From: Ilumatobacteraceae bacterium
GTDB taxonomy: Bacteria > Actinomycetota > Acidimicrobiia > Acidimicrobiales > Ilumatobacteraceae
DNA: 64,000 nt
Direction of reading: 5' to 3'
Assembly: GCA_023262325.1 (NCBI GenBank)
Contig: JALRBS010000118.1
Coordinates: 3,199 to 67,198 of the forward strand
Position 1 is the first letter of the stretch. Each line of letters starts with the position of its first letter. A model generated the notes under the pieces. That model made no database searches and was not told the DNA's origin. It saw nothing but the letters and a program-made list of their open reading frames with translations. Shown here in pieces: positions 53,888 through 63,883 of this stretch. Both the position numbers and the translations under genes were made by a program.

Positions 53888-54772
53888 ATGTCGAGTGGTA
53901 CCACAGGCTCATTTCCCGTAAAGCGCGGACTCGCTGAGATGCTGTCCGGCGGCGTCATCATGGACGTCGTCACCCCTGATCAAGCAAAAATTGCCGAAGA
54001 TGCGGGCGCCTGCGCAGTCATGGCCCTCGAACGAGTTCCAGCCGACATCCGCCGCGATGGCGGTGTCGCGCGCATGAGCGATCCTGACATGATCGATGGC
54101 ATCAAGGAAGCAGTCACCATTCCGGTCATGGCGAAGGTGCGTATCGGCCATTTCGTTGAGGCTCAGATCATTCAGGACCTCGGTGTCGACTTCATTGACG
54201 AGTCGGAAGTACTTACGCCGGCTGACGAAGCACATCACATTGACAAATTCAAATTCGATGTGCCCTTCGTCTGCGGTGCAACAAATCTTGGTGAAGCACT
54301 TCGTCGTATCGCTGAAGGTGCGGCGATGATTCGATCAAAGGGTGAGGCCGGTACCGGCAACATTGTCGAGGCTGTTCGACACCTACGCTCGATCCTCGGA
54401 GACATTCGAAAGGTTGGACAGGCGGACTCTGCGGAGTTGTTTGATTGGGCGAAGAAGCTTCAGGCACCGCTGCCGCTCGTGCAAGAACTCGCCGAAACTG
54501 GTGCCCTCCCGGTTCCGCTGTTCTGTGCTGGTGGTATCGCGACGCCTGCTGATGCGGCCCTCGCAATGCAGCTTGGCGCACAGGCGGTGTTTGTCGGCTC
54601 TGGCATCTTCAAGAGCGACGAGCCGGAGCGACGGGCTCGAGCCATCGTTGAAGCGACGACCCATTACAACGACCCGTCAGTTCTCGCAAAAGTCAGTCGT
54701 GGGCTTGGAGCACCGATGACCGGCATCGGAATGGACGAAATCAATCAGCGCTATGCGGAGCGTGGATGGTGA
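53888..54772 (+). CDS. pdxS: pyridoxal 5'-phosphate synthase, lyase subunit
   Basis: 294-aa ORF containing [31 protein letters not shown] and [15 protein letters not shown]. Confidence 0.97.
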   Translation: MSSGTTGSFPVKRGLAEMLSGGVIMDVVTPDQAKIAEDAGACAVMALERVPADIRRDGGVARMSDPDMIDGIKEAVTIPVMAKVRIGHFVEAQIIQDLGVDFIDESEVLTPADEAHHIDKFKFDVPFVCGATNLGEALRRIAEGAAMIRSKGEAGTGNIVEAVRHLRSILGDIRKVGQADSAELFDWAKKLQAPLPLVQELAETGALPVPLFCAGGIATPADAALAMQLGAQAVFVGSGIFKSDEPERRARAIVEATTHYNDPSVLAKVSRGLGAPMTGIGMDEINQRYAERGW

Positions 54773-54802
54773 CCTCTCTAGCCACGGGAGGGGAGCCCCC
54801 AG

Positions 54803-55423
54803 GTGAACGTCGGCGTACTCGCTCTACAAGGCGCGTATCACGCGCACGTTAGAACTCTTCGCTCCTTAGGGGTGTCGGCAACGGAGATTCGAAAGCCCGC
54901 CGATCTCGACGGTCTCAGCGGGGTCATCCTGCCCGGTGGTGAGAGTACGACGATGTCAATGCTGCTCGACTCGAGCGGGCTGCGACAGCCGCTCACCGAA
55001 CTCGGCAACTCAGGAGTTGCCATGCTCGGCACCTGTGCAGGACTCATCATGCTCGCCTCGAGGATTGCAGATGGTCGGGACGACCAGTTACCGCTTGGAC
55101 TACTCGACGTCGATGTACAGCGAAATGGGTACGGTCGCCAGCTCGACAGCTTCGAATGTGAACTCGACGTTGACATAAACGGAATGCAGCGAATGCACGG
55201 GGTCTTCATTCGCGCACCAAAGATCACGCGCATCGGCCAAGGCGTCCGGGTCCTTGCGGCTCTCGACGGCATTCCAGTTCTCGTCGAGCACGGGGTGTGC
55301 CTTGGCGCCTCATTCCATCCCGAACTTGGCAACTCGACGCTCGTCCATCGTCATTTTCTTCAGCTCGCAGAGGCGTCCGCACCTGCGACGACACCACCGT
55401 TGACACACTTGGGAAGCAGGTAG
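54803..55423 (+). CDS. pdxT: pyridoxal 5'-phosphate synthase, glutaminase subunit
   Basis: 206-aa ORF with a GTG start, containing VGVLALQGA, LPGGESTT, GTCAG and FHPEL. Confidence 0.93.
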   Translation: MNVGVLALQGAYHAHVRTLRSLGVSATEIRKPADLDGLSGVILPGGESTTMSMLLDSSGLRQPLTELGNSGVAMLGTCAGLIMLASRIADGRDDQLPLGLLDVDVQRNGYGRQLDSFECELDVDINGMQRMHGVFIRAPKITRIGQGVRVLAALDGIPVLVEHGVCLGASFHPELGNSTLVHRHFLQLAEASAPATTPPLTHLGSR

Positions 55424-55425
55424 GT

Positions 55426-56175
55426 ATGTCAGGACATTCCAAATGGGCAACCATCAAACACAAAAAGGGCGCTGCCGACAAGGCGCGAGGCAAACTCTTC
55501 GCCAAACTCGCCCGACAGATTGAGGTTGCGGCTCGCGCCGGCGGCGGCGACCCTGATATGAACCCAGGACTGCGCTCGGCCGTGGCGAAAGCCAAGGGCG
55601 CTCAAATGACGAACGATGCAATCGATCGCGCCATCAAGCGTGGAACCGGAGACGCGGGCGGGCAGTCCTATGAAGCGATCACCTACGAGGGCTACGCGCC
55701 GTGTGGCGTCGCACTGCTCATTGACGTGCTCACCGACAACCGAAATCGAACCGGCGCTGAGATTCGAAACGTCTTCACCAAACTCGGTGGCTCGATGGCT
55801 GAACCGGGTTCGGTGAGTTGGCAGTTCTCTCGACGTGGCGTTGTGCTCGTTGACGGAAAAGTGCCGGAAGATGAGGTTCTGCTCATTGCCCTGGACAACG
55901 GAGCAGACGACTGCGCCGATGATGGCGGAGTCTGGCGCCTCACCTGCGAACCAAATCAGTCGCTCGCCCTCGCCGAAATCCTGCGCGACGGTGGCATAGA
56001 AGTGATTTCGGCTGAATCACCAATGCTCTCGGACAACCTGGTTCCGGTGACAACAGTTGAAGATGCTCGTTCGGTGCTGAGAATTATCGAAGCCCTTGAG
56101 GACAACGACGACGTTCAGGACGTTCATTCGAACTTCGACATCAGCGACGACATTCTGGAGACAGCGACACAATGA
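55426..56175 (+). CDS. yebC: YebC/PmpR family DNA-binding transcriptional regulator
   Basis: The track ORF starts at 55297 inside pdxT. ATG 55426 gives MSGHSKWATIKHKKGAADKARGKLFAKL. Confidence 0.93.
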   Translation: MSGHSKWATIKHKKGAADKARGKLFAKLARQIEVAARAGGGDPDMNPGLRSAVAKAKGAQMTNDAIDRAIKRGTGDAGGQSYEAITYEGYAPCGVALLIDVLTDNRNRTGAEIRNVFTKLGGSMAEPGSVSWQFSRRGVVLVDGKVPEDEVLLIALDNGADDCADDGGVWRLTCEPNQSLALAEILRDGGIEVISAESPMLSDNLVPVTTVEDARSVLRIIEALEDNDDVQDVHSNFDISDDILETATQ

Positions 56176-56630
56176 GCACAAGCGCCCCCAAAGTTGGTTC
56201 GGTTGCCCCTGATTTCGTTCTGTCCTCCACCGGAGGGCAGAACGTTCGACTCAGCGATTACAAGGGCCAGCCGGTGGTACTCGTGTTCTACCCAGGCGAT
56301 GACTCGCCAGTGTGCACAAAGCAGCTCAACTCGTATAACGATGGCTTGGAGCAATTCAACGCGTTGCGCGCTCAGGTCATCGGAATCTCGGCACAGGACA
56401 TCTCGAGCCACGAGGCGTTTTCAACGAAGTACGGCTTCCAATTTCCCCTGCTTGCCGATGTTGACAAAGCAGTGGCTGGCGCGTACGGCGTGCTCGGACC
56501 GCTCGGATTTCCCCGCCGCAGTATCTTCATCGTGGACGCAGCAGGAATCGTCCGGTATGTGCATCGAGCGAAGGCGGGTCTCACCTATCGCCCGGTCGCC
56601 GAGCTCATTGACGCACTCGAAGCGCTGTAA
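56172..56630 (+). CDS. bcp: thioredoxin-dependent peroxiredoxin (Bcp/PrxQ type)
   Basis: 152-aa ORF with an ATGA overlap to yebC and the active site FYPGDDSPVCT. Confidence 0.88.
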   Translation: MSTSAPKVGSVAPDFVLSSTGGQNVRLSDYKGQPVVLVFYPGDDSPVCTKQLNSYNDGLEQFNALRAQVIGISAQDISSHEAFSTKYGFQFPLLADVDKAVAGAYGVLGPLGFPRRSIFIVDAAGIVRYVHRAKAGLTYRPVAELIDALEAL

Positions 56631-56660
56631 TCGATGCCGGAGCAGGTCCGGCGGAGTCGA

Positions 56661-56666
56661 TAGAAT
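56661..56666 (+). promoter_or_regulatory. -10 element TAGAAT, 7 nt upstream of GTG 56674 (leaderless-type)
   Basis: tagaat cgaactt gtg. Confidence 0.5.
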
Positions 56667-56673
56667 CGAACTT

Positions 56674-57210
56674 GTGTTCGACGACGAGGGAGCAACGCTA
56701 CGGGTGCTTGGTATTGACCCAGGTCTCACGCGATGCGGTTTTGCAGTCGTTGACGCCGCAAAACCGTCGAAGTTGACGGCGCTCTCGCTAGGGGTCTTTC
56801 GGACCTCCCCAAGCGAGGAGATTCCATCGCGGCTCGCGGACCTGCAGCGCGATATTGCCGACCTTATTGACGAGTTCACGCCTCAGGTTGTCGCGGTTGA
56901 GCGACTGTTTTTTCAGGTCAACGTTCGCACTGCGATGAGCGTTGGACAGGCCAGCGGCGTTGTGTTGAGCCAGGCGGCGCTGGCTGGCTGTCGAGTCGTC
57001 CAGTACACCCCCAACGAGGTGAAACAAGCCGTCGCTGGGTACGGCGCAGCCGACAAGGCTCAGGTTCAGCGCATGGTGCAACAACGACTTCAGCTCTCGA
57101 GCCCGCCGAAACCCGCTGACGCCGCCGACGCGGCAGCGCTTGCGTTGTGCTTCCTGTCGCACGAACCCGTTGGCCGTGCCATCTCGAAAGCGATCGGGGG
57201 AACCAGATGA
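56674..57210 (+). CDS. ruvC: crossover junction endodeoxyribonuclease RuvC
   Basis: The track ORF starts at 56194 inside bcp. RuvC similarity starts at LRVLGIDPGLTRCGFAVV. I chose GTG 56674, with GTG 56704 as an alternative. Confidence 0.9.
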   Translation: MFDDEGATLRVLGIDPGLTRCGFAVVDAAKPSKLTALSLGVFRTSPSEEIPSRLADLQRDIADLIDEFTPQVVAVERLFFQVNVRTAMSVGQASGVVLSQAALAGCRVVQYTPNEVKQAVAGYGAADKAQVQRMVQQRLQLSSPPKPADAADAAALALCFLSHEPVGRAISKAIGGTR

Positions 57211-57794
57211 TTGCCACGCTGCGGGGCTACCTGACAACGATTACCTCTGAGCATTCGGCGGTCATCGAAGTTTCCGGCGTGGGGTACGAGGTGTCCATGA
57301 CGTCTCGAGGGCTTCGAAAGTTGTCGAAAGACACTGAGATACTTCTCCATGTACACCACCACATTCGTGAGGACGCACAGCACCTTTACGGATTTTTGAC
57401 GCAGACCGAGCGGACCACATTCCGAGATCTTCTCAGCACCCACGGAGTTGGTCCCGCTCTCGCTCTTGCGATCCTCGACACTCACGAACCGTCGGCACTC
57501 ATCGACATTGTTGCCTCAGGAGATCACGCGGCGCTCACACTCGTTCCCGGCGTCGGAAAGAAGACCGCCGAGCGGTTACTCATCGAACTGCGTTCGCGAC
57601 TCTCGCTTCCAACGATTGACACCGATGATGGCACTCGAACAAGGTCAGCCATCGCGGAAATTCGAGCTGCACTCGAGAATCTTGGGTACGCGCCGAGCGA
57701 GGTTGTGGCGGCGACCAGTGAACTTCCTCATGATGTCACTGCTGCTGATGGCCTCCGCCAGGCCCTAGCGTCCTTAGGAGCTGCTCGTGCGTGA
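57207..57794 (+). CDS. ruvA: Holliday junction DNA helicase subunit RuvA
   Basis: ATG 57207 forms an ATGA overlap with ruvC and gives MIATLRGYL. It also has the HhH motif [12 protein letters not shown]. Confidence 0.93.
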   Translation: MIATLRGYLTTITSEHSAVIEVSGVGYEVSMTSRGLRKLSKDTEILLHVHHHIREDAQHLYGFLTQTERTTFRDLLSTHGVGPALALAILDTHEPSALIDIVASGDHAALTLVPGVGKKTAERLLIELRSRLSLPTIDTDDGTRTRSAIAEIRAALENLGYAPSEVVAATSELPHDVTAADGLRQALASLGAARA

Positions 57795-58821
57795 GGAGTT
57801 TCTCGATCCTGGAGTTGGAGACCCCGTCGTGGACGAGGCCGAGATCGGATTGCGGCCCCGTTCGCTGAGCGAATTTATTGGGCAAGCGGAACTGAAAGAA
57901 CATCTCGAAATTGTTCTCGAGGCAGCGAAGCGCCGCGGTCAGGCTCTCGACCATTTGTTGTTCGCCGGTCCTCCCGGACTTGGAAAGACGACGCTGGCCG
58001 GCATCATTGCAGTTGAGCGTGGCGTTGAACTTCACGTCACTTCCGGCCCTGCACTTGAGCGAGCCGGAGACCTCGCCGCCATATTGACCAAGCTCGGCGA
58101 AGGCGACGTGCTGTTTATCGATGAGATCCACCGACTGTCCCGCTCTGTTGAAGAAATTCTGTACCCCGCAATGGAGGATTTTCAGCTCGACATCGTTGTT
58201 GGCAAGGGTCCAGCAGCGTCCAGCATTCGTCTCACAATGCCGCCATTCACCCTCGTCGGGGCGACGACGCGCACTGGAATGATTACCGGACCTCTTCGTG
58301 ACCGTTTTGGCTACGTCGCTCGACTCGATTACTACAGCGTCGAAGAACTGCAAGACGTTGTTACACGCGCAGCCAATATCTGGAAAGTTGACATTGACGT
58401 AAAGGGCGCGTGGGAAATTGCGCGCCGCTCCAGAGGAACTCCACGAATTGCCAACCGGCTCCTCAGAAGGGTGAGGGACTACTCAGAGGTCAGATCGAAC
58501 GGCGCGATTACAACCGACGTCGCACGAGAGGGACTTCGCGTCTTCGGAGTAGATGACTTAGGGCTCGACAAAGTCGACCGATCGTTGCTCGAAGCGTTGT
58601 GCTCAAAGTTCGGTGGAGGTCCAGTCGGACTGTCGACACTCGCCATTGCGGTGGGTGAACAGCCCGAGACTGTTGAAGACGTACACGAACCGTTTCTCAT
58701 TCAACTCGGCCTCCTTGCTCGAACACCGAGGGGACGTATTGCGTTGCCTGCGGCGTACGGCCATTTAGGCGTCACTCCTCCCGCTACTTCGCCTCAGCCG
58801 CATACGTTGTTTGACGAATAA
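57787..58821 (+). CDS. ruvB: Holliday junction DNA helicase subunit RuvB
   Basis: 344-aa ORF with Walker [10 protein letters not shown], Walker B LFIDEIH and [12 protein letters not shown]. Confidence 0.97.
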   Translation: MREEFLDPGVGDPVVDEAEIGLRPRSLSEFIGQAELKEHLEIVLEAAKRRGQALDHLLFAGPPGLGKTTLAGIIAVERGVELHVTSGPALERAGDLAAILTKLGEGDVLFIDEIHRLSRSVEEILYPAMEDFQLDIVVGKGPAASSIRLTMPPFTLVGATTRTGMITGPLRDRFGYVARLDYYSVEELQDVVTRAANIWKVDIDVKGAWEIARRSRGTPRIANRLLRRVRDYSEVRSNGAITTDVAREGLRVFGVDDLGLDKVDRSLLEALCSKFGGGPVGLSTLAIAVGEQPETVEDVHEPFLIQLGLLARTPRGRIALPAAYGHLGVTPPATSPQPHTLFDE

Positions 58822-59819
58822 TGCAGCTTTCATCATTTGATTACACGTTGCCAGACGACCTCATTGCGCAGCACCCCGTCGAACCTCGGTCGTCAGCACG
58901 ACTACTCGTCGACACGAAGCCCTCGCCGACGCACGCAACCGTGCAAAACCTCCCGTCGTTTCTGGAAGCTGGAGATCTTGTCGTTGTCAACAACACCAAA
59001 GTGATCCCGGCCCGAATCAGGCTCCGTCGTGAGACCGGTGGCGCCGTCGAGGTGCTGCTGCTTGAACCATCACATGAGGCTCGTTGGGAATGTCTCGTTC
59101 GCCCCGGAGGAAAGCTCAAGAAGGGCGAAGTCCTGCTCAGTGAAGGTGGAGTTCCCGTCTGTGCTCTCGTCGGTCGAAGGGCGAGTGCGTCAGATGCCAC
59201 GTTCGAGATCGATCTTCTCGTCGACATCGACACGCTCTTCGCACTTGGTGAAATGCCATTACCTCCGTACATCCGACAATCTCCTGCTGATACGAGCCGG
59301 TATCAGACGGTGTACGCCCAGCGCGCCGCGAGCGCCGCAGCACCAACGGCAGGACTGCACCTCACAGCCGAAGTGCTCGATGACCTCACGAAGGCAGGTG
59401 TCGGATATGCCGAGGTCGAGCTCGTCGTTGGAATCGACACGTTTCGACCGATTGAAGTCGACGACGTCACGCACCATGTGATGCACAGCGAGTTCTATTC
59501 GGTTCCGAGCGCAACGCTCGAGAAGATCGAGGACGCCAGACGTGTTGTTGCAATTGGGACGACGACCACGCGGGCGCTCGAGAGCATGCATCACTTGAAC
59601 GCCAACGAAGGGCGCACAAGGATTTTCATCACCCCAGGTCATCAATGGGGTGTTGTTGACCTCATGATGACAAATTTTCATCAGCCCCGAACGACGCTCC
59701 TCGTCATGATCGAGGCGTTCGTAGGTCCTCGGTGGCGGATGCTCTACGAGACTGCGATCCTCAATCGCTACCGAATGTTGAGTTTCGGCGACGCGATGCT
59801 TCTCAACCGTCACCGCTAG
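58821..59819 (+). CDS. queA: S-adenosylmethionine:tRNA ribosyltransferase-isomerase
   Basis: 332-aa ORF containing FDYTLPDDLIAQHPVEPR, NNTKVIPAR, APTAGLH and NFHQPRTTLL. Confidence 0.93.
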   Translation: MQLSSFDYTLPDDLIAQHPVEPRSSARLLVDTKPSPTHATVQNLPSFLEAGDLVVVNNTKVIPARIRLRRETGGAVEVLLLEPSHEARWECLVRPGGKLKKGEVLLSEGGVPVCALVGRRASASDATFEIDLLVDIDTLFALGEMPLPPYIRQSPADTSRYQTVYAQRAASAAAPTAGLHLTAEVLDDLTKAGVGYAEVELVVGIDTFRPIEVDDVTHHVMHSEFYSVPSATLEKIEDARRVVAIGTTTTRALESMHHLNANEGRTRIFITPGHQWGVVDLMMTNFHQPRTTLLVMIEAFVGPRWRMLYETAILNRYRMLSFGDAMLLNRHR

Positions 59820-59830
59820 CGTCAACACTC

Positions 59831-60946
59831 GTGTTTCCAGTCAACCTCGATGTGGTCGCGCAAAGCGGGTCGGCCCGGGCGGGCATCGCGCACACTGCCC
59901 GCGGAAGCTACCTGACGCCCTTATTCATGCCGGTTGGAACCCGCGGGGCAGTGAAGTACCTCGATTCGGTTGATTACGAGACAATTGGCGCACAAATTGT
60001 GCTCGGTAACACCTACCACCTCATGATGCGACCGGGGGCTGACGTCGTTGAACACTTTGGAGGCCTTGCTGCCTTCGCCGGGTGGAAGGGTCTTACACTC
60101 ACCGACTCGGGTGGTTTTCAGGTGTTCTCTCTCGATCCAAAGGTCGACGACGATGGGGTGACATTCCGAAGTGTGTACGACGGCTCGACACATAGGTTCA
60201 CCCCTGAAGGAGCCGTCGATATTCAGCAGCAGCTCGGCGCCGACATACAGATGGTGCTCGACGTGTGCCCACCGCTGCCAAGCACAGAAGAGGTTGTACG
60301 ACTCGCGCTCGAACGCACCAGTGCGTGGGCAAGTCGCGCCCGCGCGCATCACCGCCGAAATGATCAGTCACTATTCGGAATCGTGCAAGGTGGCACGAGC
60401 ATCTCGATGCGTCGCGAGAGCGCTGAACGTACTGCAGCACTTGACTTCGACGGTTACGGAATCGGTGGGCTCTCCGTGGGCGAGCCGAGGGAGGAGATGC
60501 TGCCGGCGATCGAGGCGGCGGTTGAAGGTCTTCCGACGAATCGCCCTCGGTATCTCATGGGAGTTGGTGATCCACTCTCGTTAGTGGAAGCCGTAGCCCG
60601 TGGCGTTGACCAATTTGATTGCGTCATGCAAACGAGACTTGGCCGACACGGAACTGCACTGACGTCCACTGGACGCTGGCAGGCAAAAGCGCAGCGCTAC
60701 GCGCTGAGCGACGAACCGATCGACGAGTCCTGTGGATGCGCAGTGTGCTCACGTCACTCACGTGGCTACATCCGTCATCTCTTTCAGACGAAAGAACCGA
60801 CCGCATCACGTCTCCTGAGTCTCCACAACCTCGAGTGGACGATCAATCTTGTCGATGCGATGCGCAACGCGATCATCGCAGGCACATTCGAGGACCTCCA
60901 TCAGGAGATTTCATCCGTGTGGGACGACGCTCGCACCGACAAATAG
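59831..60946 (+). CDS. tgt: tRNA-guanine transglycosylase (queuine tRNA-ribosyltransferase)
   Basis: The track ORF starts at 59732 inside queA, and GTG 59831 is chosen. It contains TPLFMPVGTRGAVK, TDSGGFQV, GGLSVGE and the zinc motif CGCAVCSRHSRGYIRHL. Confidence 0.93.
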   Translation: MFPVNLDVVAQSGSARAGIAHTARGSYLTPLFMPVGTRGAVKYLDSVDYETIGAQIVLGNTYHLMMRPGADVVEHFGGLAAFAGWKGLTLTDSGGFQVFSLDPKVDDDGVTFRSVYDGSTHRFTPEGAVDIQQQLGADIQMVLDVCPPLPSTEEVVRLALERTSAWASRARAHHRRNDQSLFGIVQGGTSISMRRESAERTAALDFDGYGIGGLSVGEPREEMLPAIEAAVEGLPTNRPRYLMGVGDPLSLVEAVARGVDQFDCVMQTRLGRHGTALTSTGRWQAKAQRYALSDEPIDESCGCAVCSRHSRGYIRHLFQTKEPTASRLLSLHNLEWTINLVDAMRNAIIAGTFEDLHQEISSVWDDARTDK

Positions 60947-60976
60947 CGACGCAATCTCGCTAGCATCGAGAGCCGT

Positions 60977-61333
60977 ATGGATACCCCCATGTCGTTCATT
61001 GCCCAAACGGATTCAGCCTCATCAGGTGGAGCACTCTTTCAGTTTGTCCTGTTGCTCGCAGTGCCCGTTGCGCTGTATTTCCTGATGATCCGACCGCAAC
61101 GAAAGAAGATGCGCGAGACCGCTGCGATGCAAGCAGCGCTTGGAGTTGGTGACGAGGTCATCACGGCAGCGGGCATTTTTGGCTTTATCACTGCTGTTGA
61201 ATCGGACCTTTTTTGGATCGAAGTTGATGAGGACGTTCAGCTTCGTGTTCTGAAGAGCCAAGTTCAAGGGCGTGTTCCGTCCCGTTCGGACTCTGCGGCT
61301 ACTGAGACGGCCGGCGAGTCGGATGAGTCGTGA
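60977..61333 (+). CDS. yajC: preprotein translocase subunit YajC
   Basis: 118-aa ORF with one TM segment followed by MIRPQRKKMRE and GDEVITAAGIFG. Confidence 0.9.
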   Translation: MDTPMSFIAQTDSASSGGALFQFVLLLAVPVALYFLMIRPQRKKMRETAAMQAALGVGDEVITAAGIFGFITAVESDLFWIEVDEDVQLRVLKSQVQGRVPSRSDSAATETAGESDES

Positions 61334-62673
61334 GCAGTCGTCGTCTCTGGATCGGCCTTCTCGCCTTCGTTGCGATTGTTGCCACACTGCTCATCGCGAA
61401 CGTAGCGACCGGTAACCGTCCAATTCTTGGGCTCGACCTTCAAGGGGGCGTCTCGGTCATTTTGCAATCCACCGATGAGGCGTCTGCCGATGACTTACTC
61501 GTCGTGCAGGACCTCATTCGCGACGAACTTGAAACGCTCGGAATAGCAGAGCCCGACGTTCGTGTCGAGGGTACGAACATCGTCGTTGACCTTCCCGGAG
61601 TCAAGGATCAGGCTCAAGCACTCGACGCCGTTGATGTTGCAGGAATTGTGACGTTACGACCCGTGTACGCGTGCCAGGCGGGTGTCACGCCGGCCGATAT
61701 CGGCGACCTATTGCCTGACGGCCAATTTGCGCTTATCACCTCAGACGGCATGCAAACCTGCGTCGTCGGTGCGCCCGGTGGCACGGGGGAGGTCTTCAGC
61801 AGGGGCAGTGCCCAAGCGCAGATCAATCAACTCACAAATTCCTGGATCGTGTCTGTCGATTTGAAGGCAGAAAATCAAGCCGAGTGGAATGCGCTCGCAG
61901 CACAGTGCTACTCGGGAACCGACGTATGCCCGAGTCGCCAACTTGCAATCGTGCTCGACGACATCATCCAATCGGCACCAACGGTGAACCAGCCATCGTT
62001 TACAACCGGCGTCGAGATTTCAGGGGCGTTCACCGAAGACGAAGTTCGATCGCTCGCCCGAGTGCTGAATCGTGGCGCCTTTCCCGTCGATGTCGAGGCC
62101 CAGCGTGTGGAGACGGTTTCCGCGACGGCCGGAGCCGATTCGCTCCGGGCTGTGTTCATCGCAGGCGCAGTCGGGCTAGTCGTCATGCTCCTGTACCTGA
62201 TTGCCTATTACCGAACGATCGCCGCGGTGATCGTCTTTGGGCTCAGCGTCTGGGGCGCCCTTGTCTTTTCCCTCGCTGCCCTCGTGTCGAAGGCAACCAA
62301 CTACGCACTGAGTCTCGCCGGTATCACAGGCATCATCGTTGCGATCGGTGTCACCGTCGACAGCTATCTCGTGTTGTTCGAGCGACTCAAGGATGAAGTC
62401 CGTTCGGGTCGGTCTCCCCGAAATGCCGCGCCGCGAAGCTTCCAATCGACGTGGCGAACCATTGTTTCCGCCGACCTTGTGTCGATTCTTGCGTCTGCAA
62501 TTCTGTTCTGGCTGAGCGTCGGTTCCGTGAAGGGTTTTGCCTTGTACCTGGGGCTCACGACGTTGTGTGACCTCATCGTCTGTTGGTTCTTCACCCGGCC
62601 TGCGACCATTCTGTTCGCCCGCCGAAGCACATACGCGTCGGGCAAACTGCTCGGTCTGGAGGCAACCCGATGA
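61330..62673 (+). CDS. secD: protein translocase subunit SecD
   Basis: 447-aa ORF containing ILGLDLQGGVSV and C-terminal 6-TM SecDF motifs (GIIVAIGVTVDSYLVLFERLKDE). It overlaps yajC by 4 nt. Confidence 0.92.
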   Translation: MSSRRLWIGLLAFVAIVATLLIANVATGNRPILGLDLQGGVSVILQSTDEASADDLLVVQDLIRDELETLGIAEPDVRVEGTNIVVDLPGVKDQAQALDAVDVAGIVTLRPVYACQAGVTPADIGDLLPDGQFALITSDGMQTCVVGAPGGTGEVFSRGSAQAQINQLTNSWIVSVDLKAENQAEWNALAAQCYSGTDVCPSRQLAIVLDDIIQSAPTVNQPSFTTGVEISGAFTEDEVRSLARVLNRGAFPVDVEAQRVETVSATAGADSLRAVFIAGAVGLVVMLLYLIAYYRTIAAVIVFGLSVWGALVFSLAALVSKATNYALSLAGITGIIVAIGVTVDSYLVLFERLKDEVRSGRSPRNAAPRSFQSTWRTIVSADLVSILASAILFWLSVGSVKGFALYLGLTTLCDLIVCWFFTRPATILFARRSTYASGKLLGLEATR

Positions 62674-63815
62674 GCGATGCAGCAGTCACCACCAAGGTTC
62701 CAGTCGCGACGAGTGCTTCCGGACGGTTGTTCCGAGGTCAAACAGCCATCGATTTCTACGGCCGGAGAAAATTCGGAATTGCAATTTCAATATTGCTGAT
62801 TGTTGCCACCGTGGTTTCGCTTGGATCCCGGGGCCTCAACCTTGGTATCGATTTTGAAGGCGGAACGTCCTGGGACATTCCAGCGTCAGATTTCACGGTT
62901 GATGAAGCCGACGCCGTGCTTGCTGATCTCGCGATTGACACTGAAGGGTCGAGAATTCAGTCGCGAAACTCCGATGCAGGTTCTTTCCTAAAGGTGCAGG
63001 TTCGTTCACTTACCGATGCGCAAGCCTCGGCAGTGCGCGCCGCCCTAGCCGACGCCGCGGGACTCAACGTTGATGTCATCAACGTGAACGTGGTGAGCGC
63101 ATCTTGGGGGAGTGACATCACGAATAAAGCGCTCCGTGCGCTCATCATCTTCCTCGTGGTTGTCGCCATCTTCATTTCGTTGCGGTTCGAATGGCGTATG
63201 GCGCTAGCTGCCATTATTGCGATGCTTCACGATGTCGTGATCAGCGTCGGTCTCTATTCGATCTTTGGATTCGTGGTTACACCGGCAACGGTCATTGCCT
63301 TCCTCACAATTCTGGGGTACTCGCTCTACGACACGATCGTTGTATTTGACCGGGTACGCGAGAACGAGACGAGATTTACGACCACGAGAATTCCGTTTGG
63401 GGATGTAACAAACGTCTCAATGAATCAGGTGCTCATGCGCTCCGCGAATACCTCGATTTCTTCTGTATTGCCGGTTATTGCGCTGCTCGTCGTGGGTGCT
63501 GGCATCTTCCACGCCTCCACCCTGAGCGAATTCGCGGTTGCGTTGCTGCTTGGCATGCTGACCGGAACCTATTCATCGATCTTTGTTGCCGCTCCGATGC
63601 TCGCTGCGCTCAAGAACCGTGCAGAACCGTGGCAGCGAGCGAAAGGCCGCGTCGTGACGGGTGCCGATCTACGGGAGTTAGTGCTTGGGGGAGCCCCGAA
63701 AAGCCGAAGAAGTAGAGATGGTGAGGGGAACACCGCTCACGACGCTTCTCCCTCGGACGACGCCACTGCGATCCTTCAACATGCACCGCGTCCACGCAAA
63801 CGACGTCGTCGGTGA
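62670..63815 (+). CDS. secF: protein translocase subunit SecF
   Basis: The track ORF starts at 62583, and ATG 62670 forms an ATGA overlap with secD. It contains GIDFEGGTSW and LGYSLYDTIVVFDRVREN, and ends in a basic tail. Confidence 0.92.
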   Translation: MSDAAVTTKVPVATSASGRLFRGQTAIDFYGRRKFGIAISILLIVATVVSLGSRGLNLGIDFEGGTSWDIPASDFTVDEADAVLADLAIDTEGSRIQSRNSDAGSFLKVQVRSLTDAQASAVRAALADAAGLNVDVINVNVVSASWGSDITNKALRALIIFLVVVAIFISLRFEWRMALAAIIAMLHDVVISVGLYSIFGFVVTPATVIAFLTILGYSLYDTIVVFDRVRENETRFTTTRIPFGDVTNVSMNQVLMRSANTSISSVLPVIALLVVGAGIFHASTLSEFAVALLLGMLTGTYSSIFVAAPMLAALKNRAEPWQRAKGRVVTGADLRELVLGGAPKSRRSRDGEGNTAHDASPSDDATAILQHAPRPRKRRRR

Positions 63816-63871
63816 TTCGACGAATCGTGGCGCGCCTTTCGTCGCTCCTACAACACGCGGTTTCGGAGCGA

Positions 63872-63877
63872 TAGCCT
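63872..63877 (+). promoter_or_regulatory. -10 element TAGCCT, 6 nt upstream of ATG 63884 (leaderless-type)
   Basis: tagcct cgctct atg. Confidence 0.5.
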
Positions 63878-63883
63878 CGCTCT

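Noticed and set aside
63818-63844. An inverted repeat CGACGAA-N13-TTCGTCG (the loop contains GGCGCGCC) between secF and apt, considered as a terminator or attenuator.
   Set aside because: There is no U tract and the loop is long. It could be a protein-binding site or a chance palindrome. It is left unannotated.
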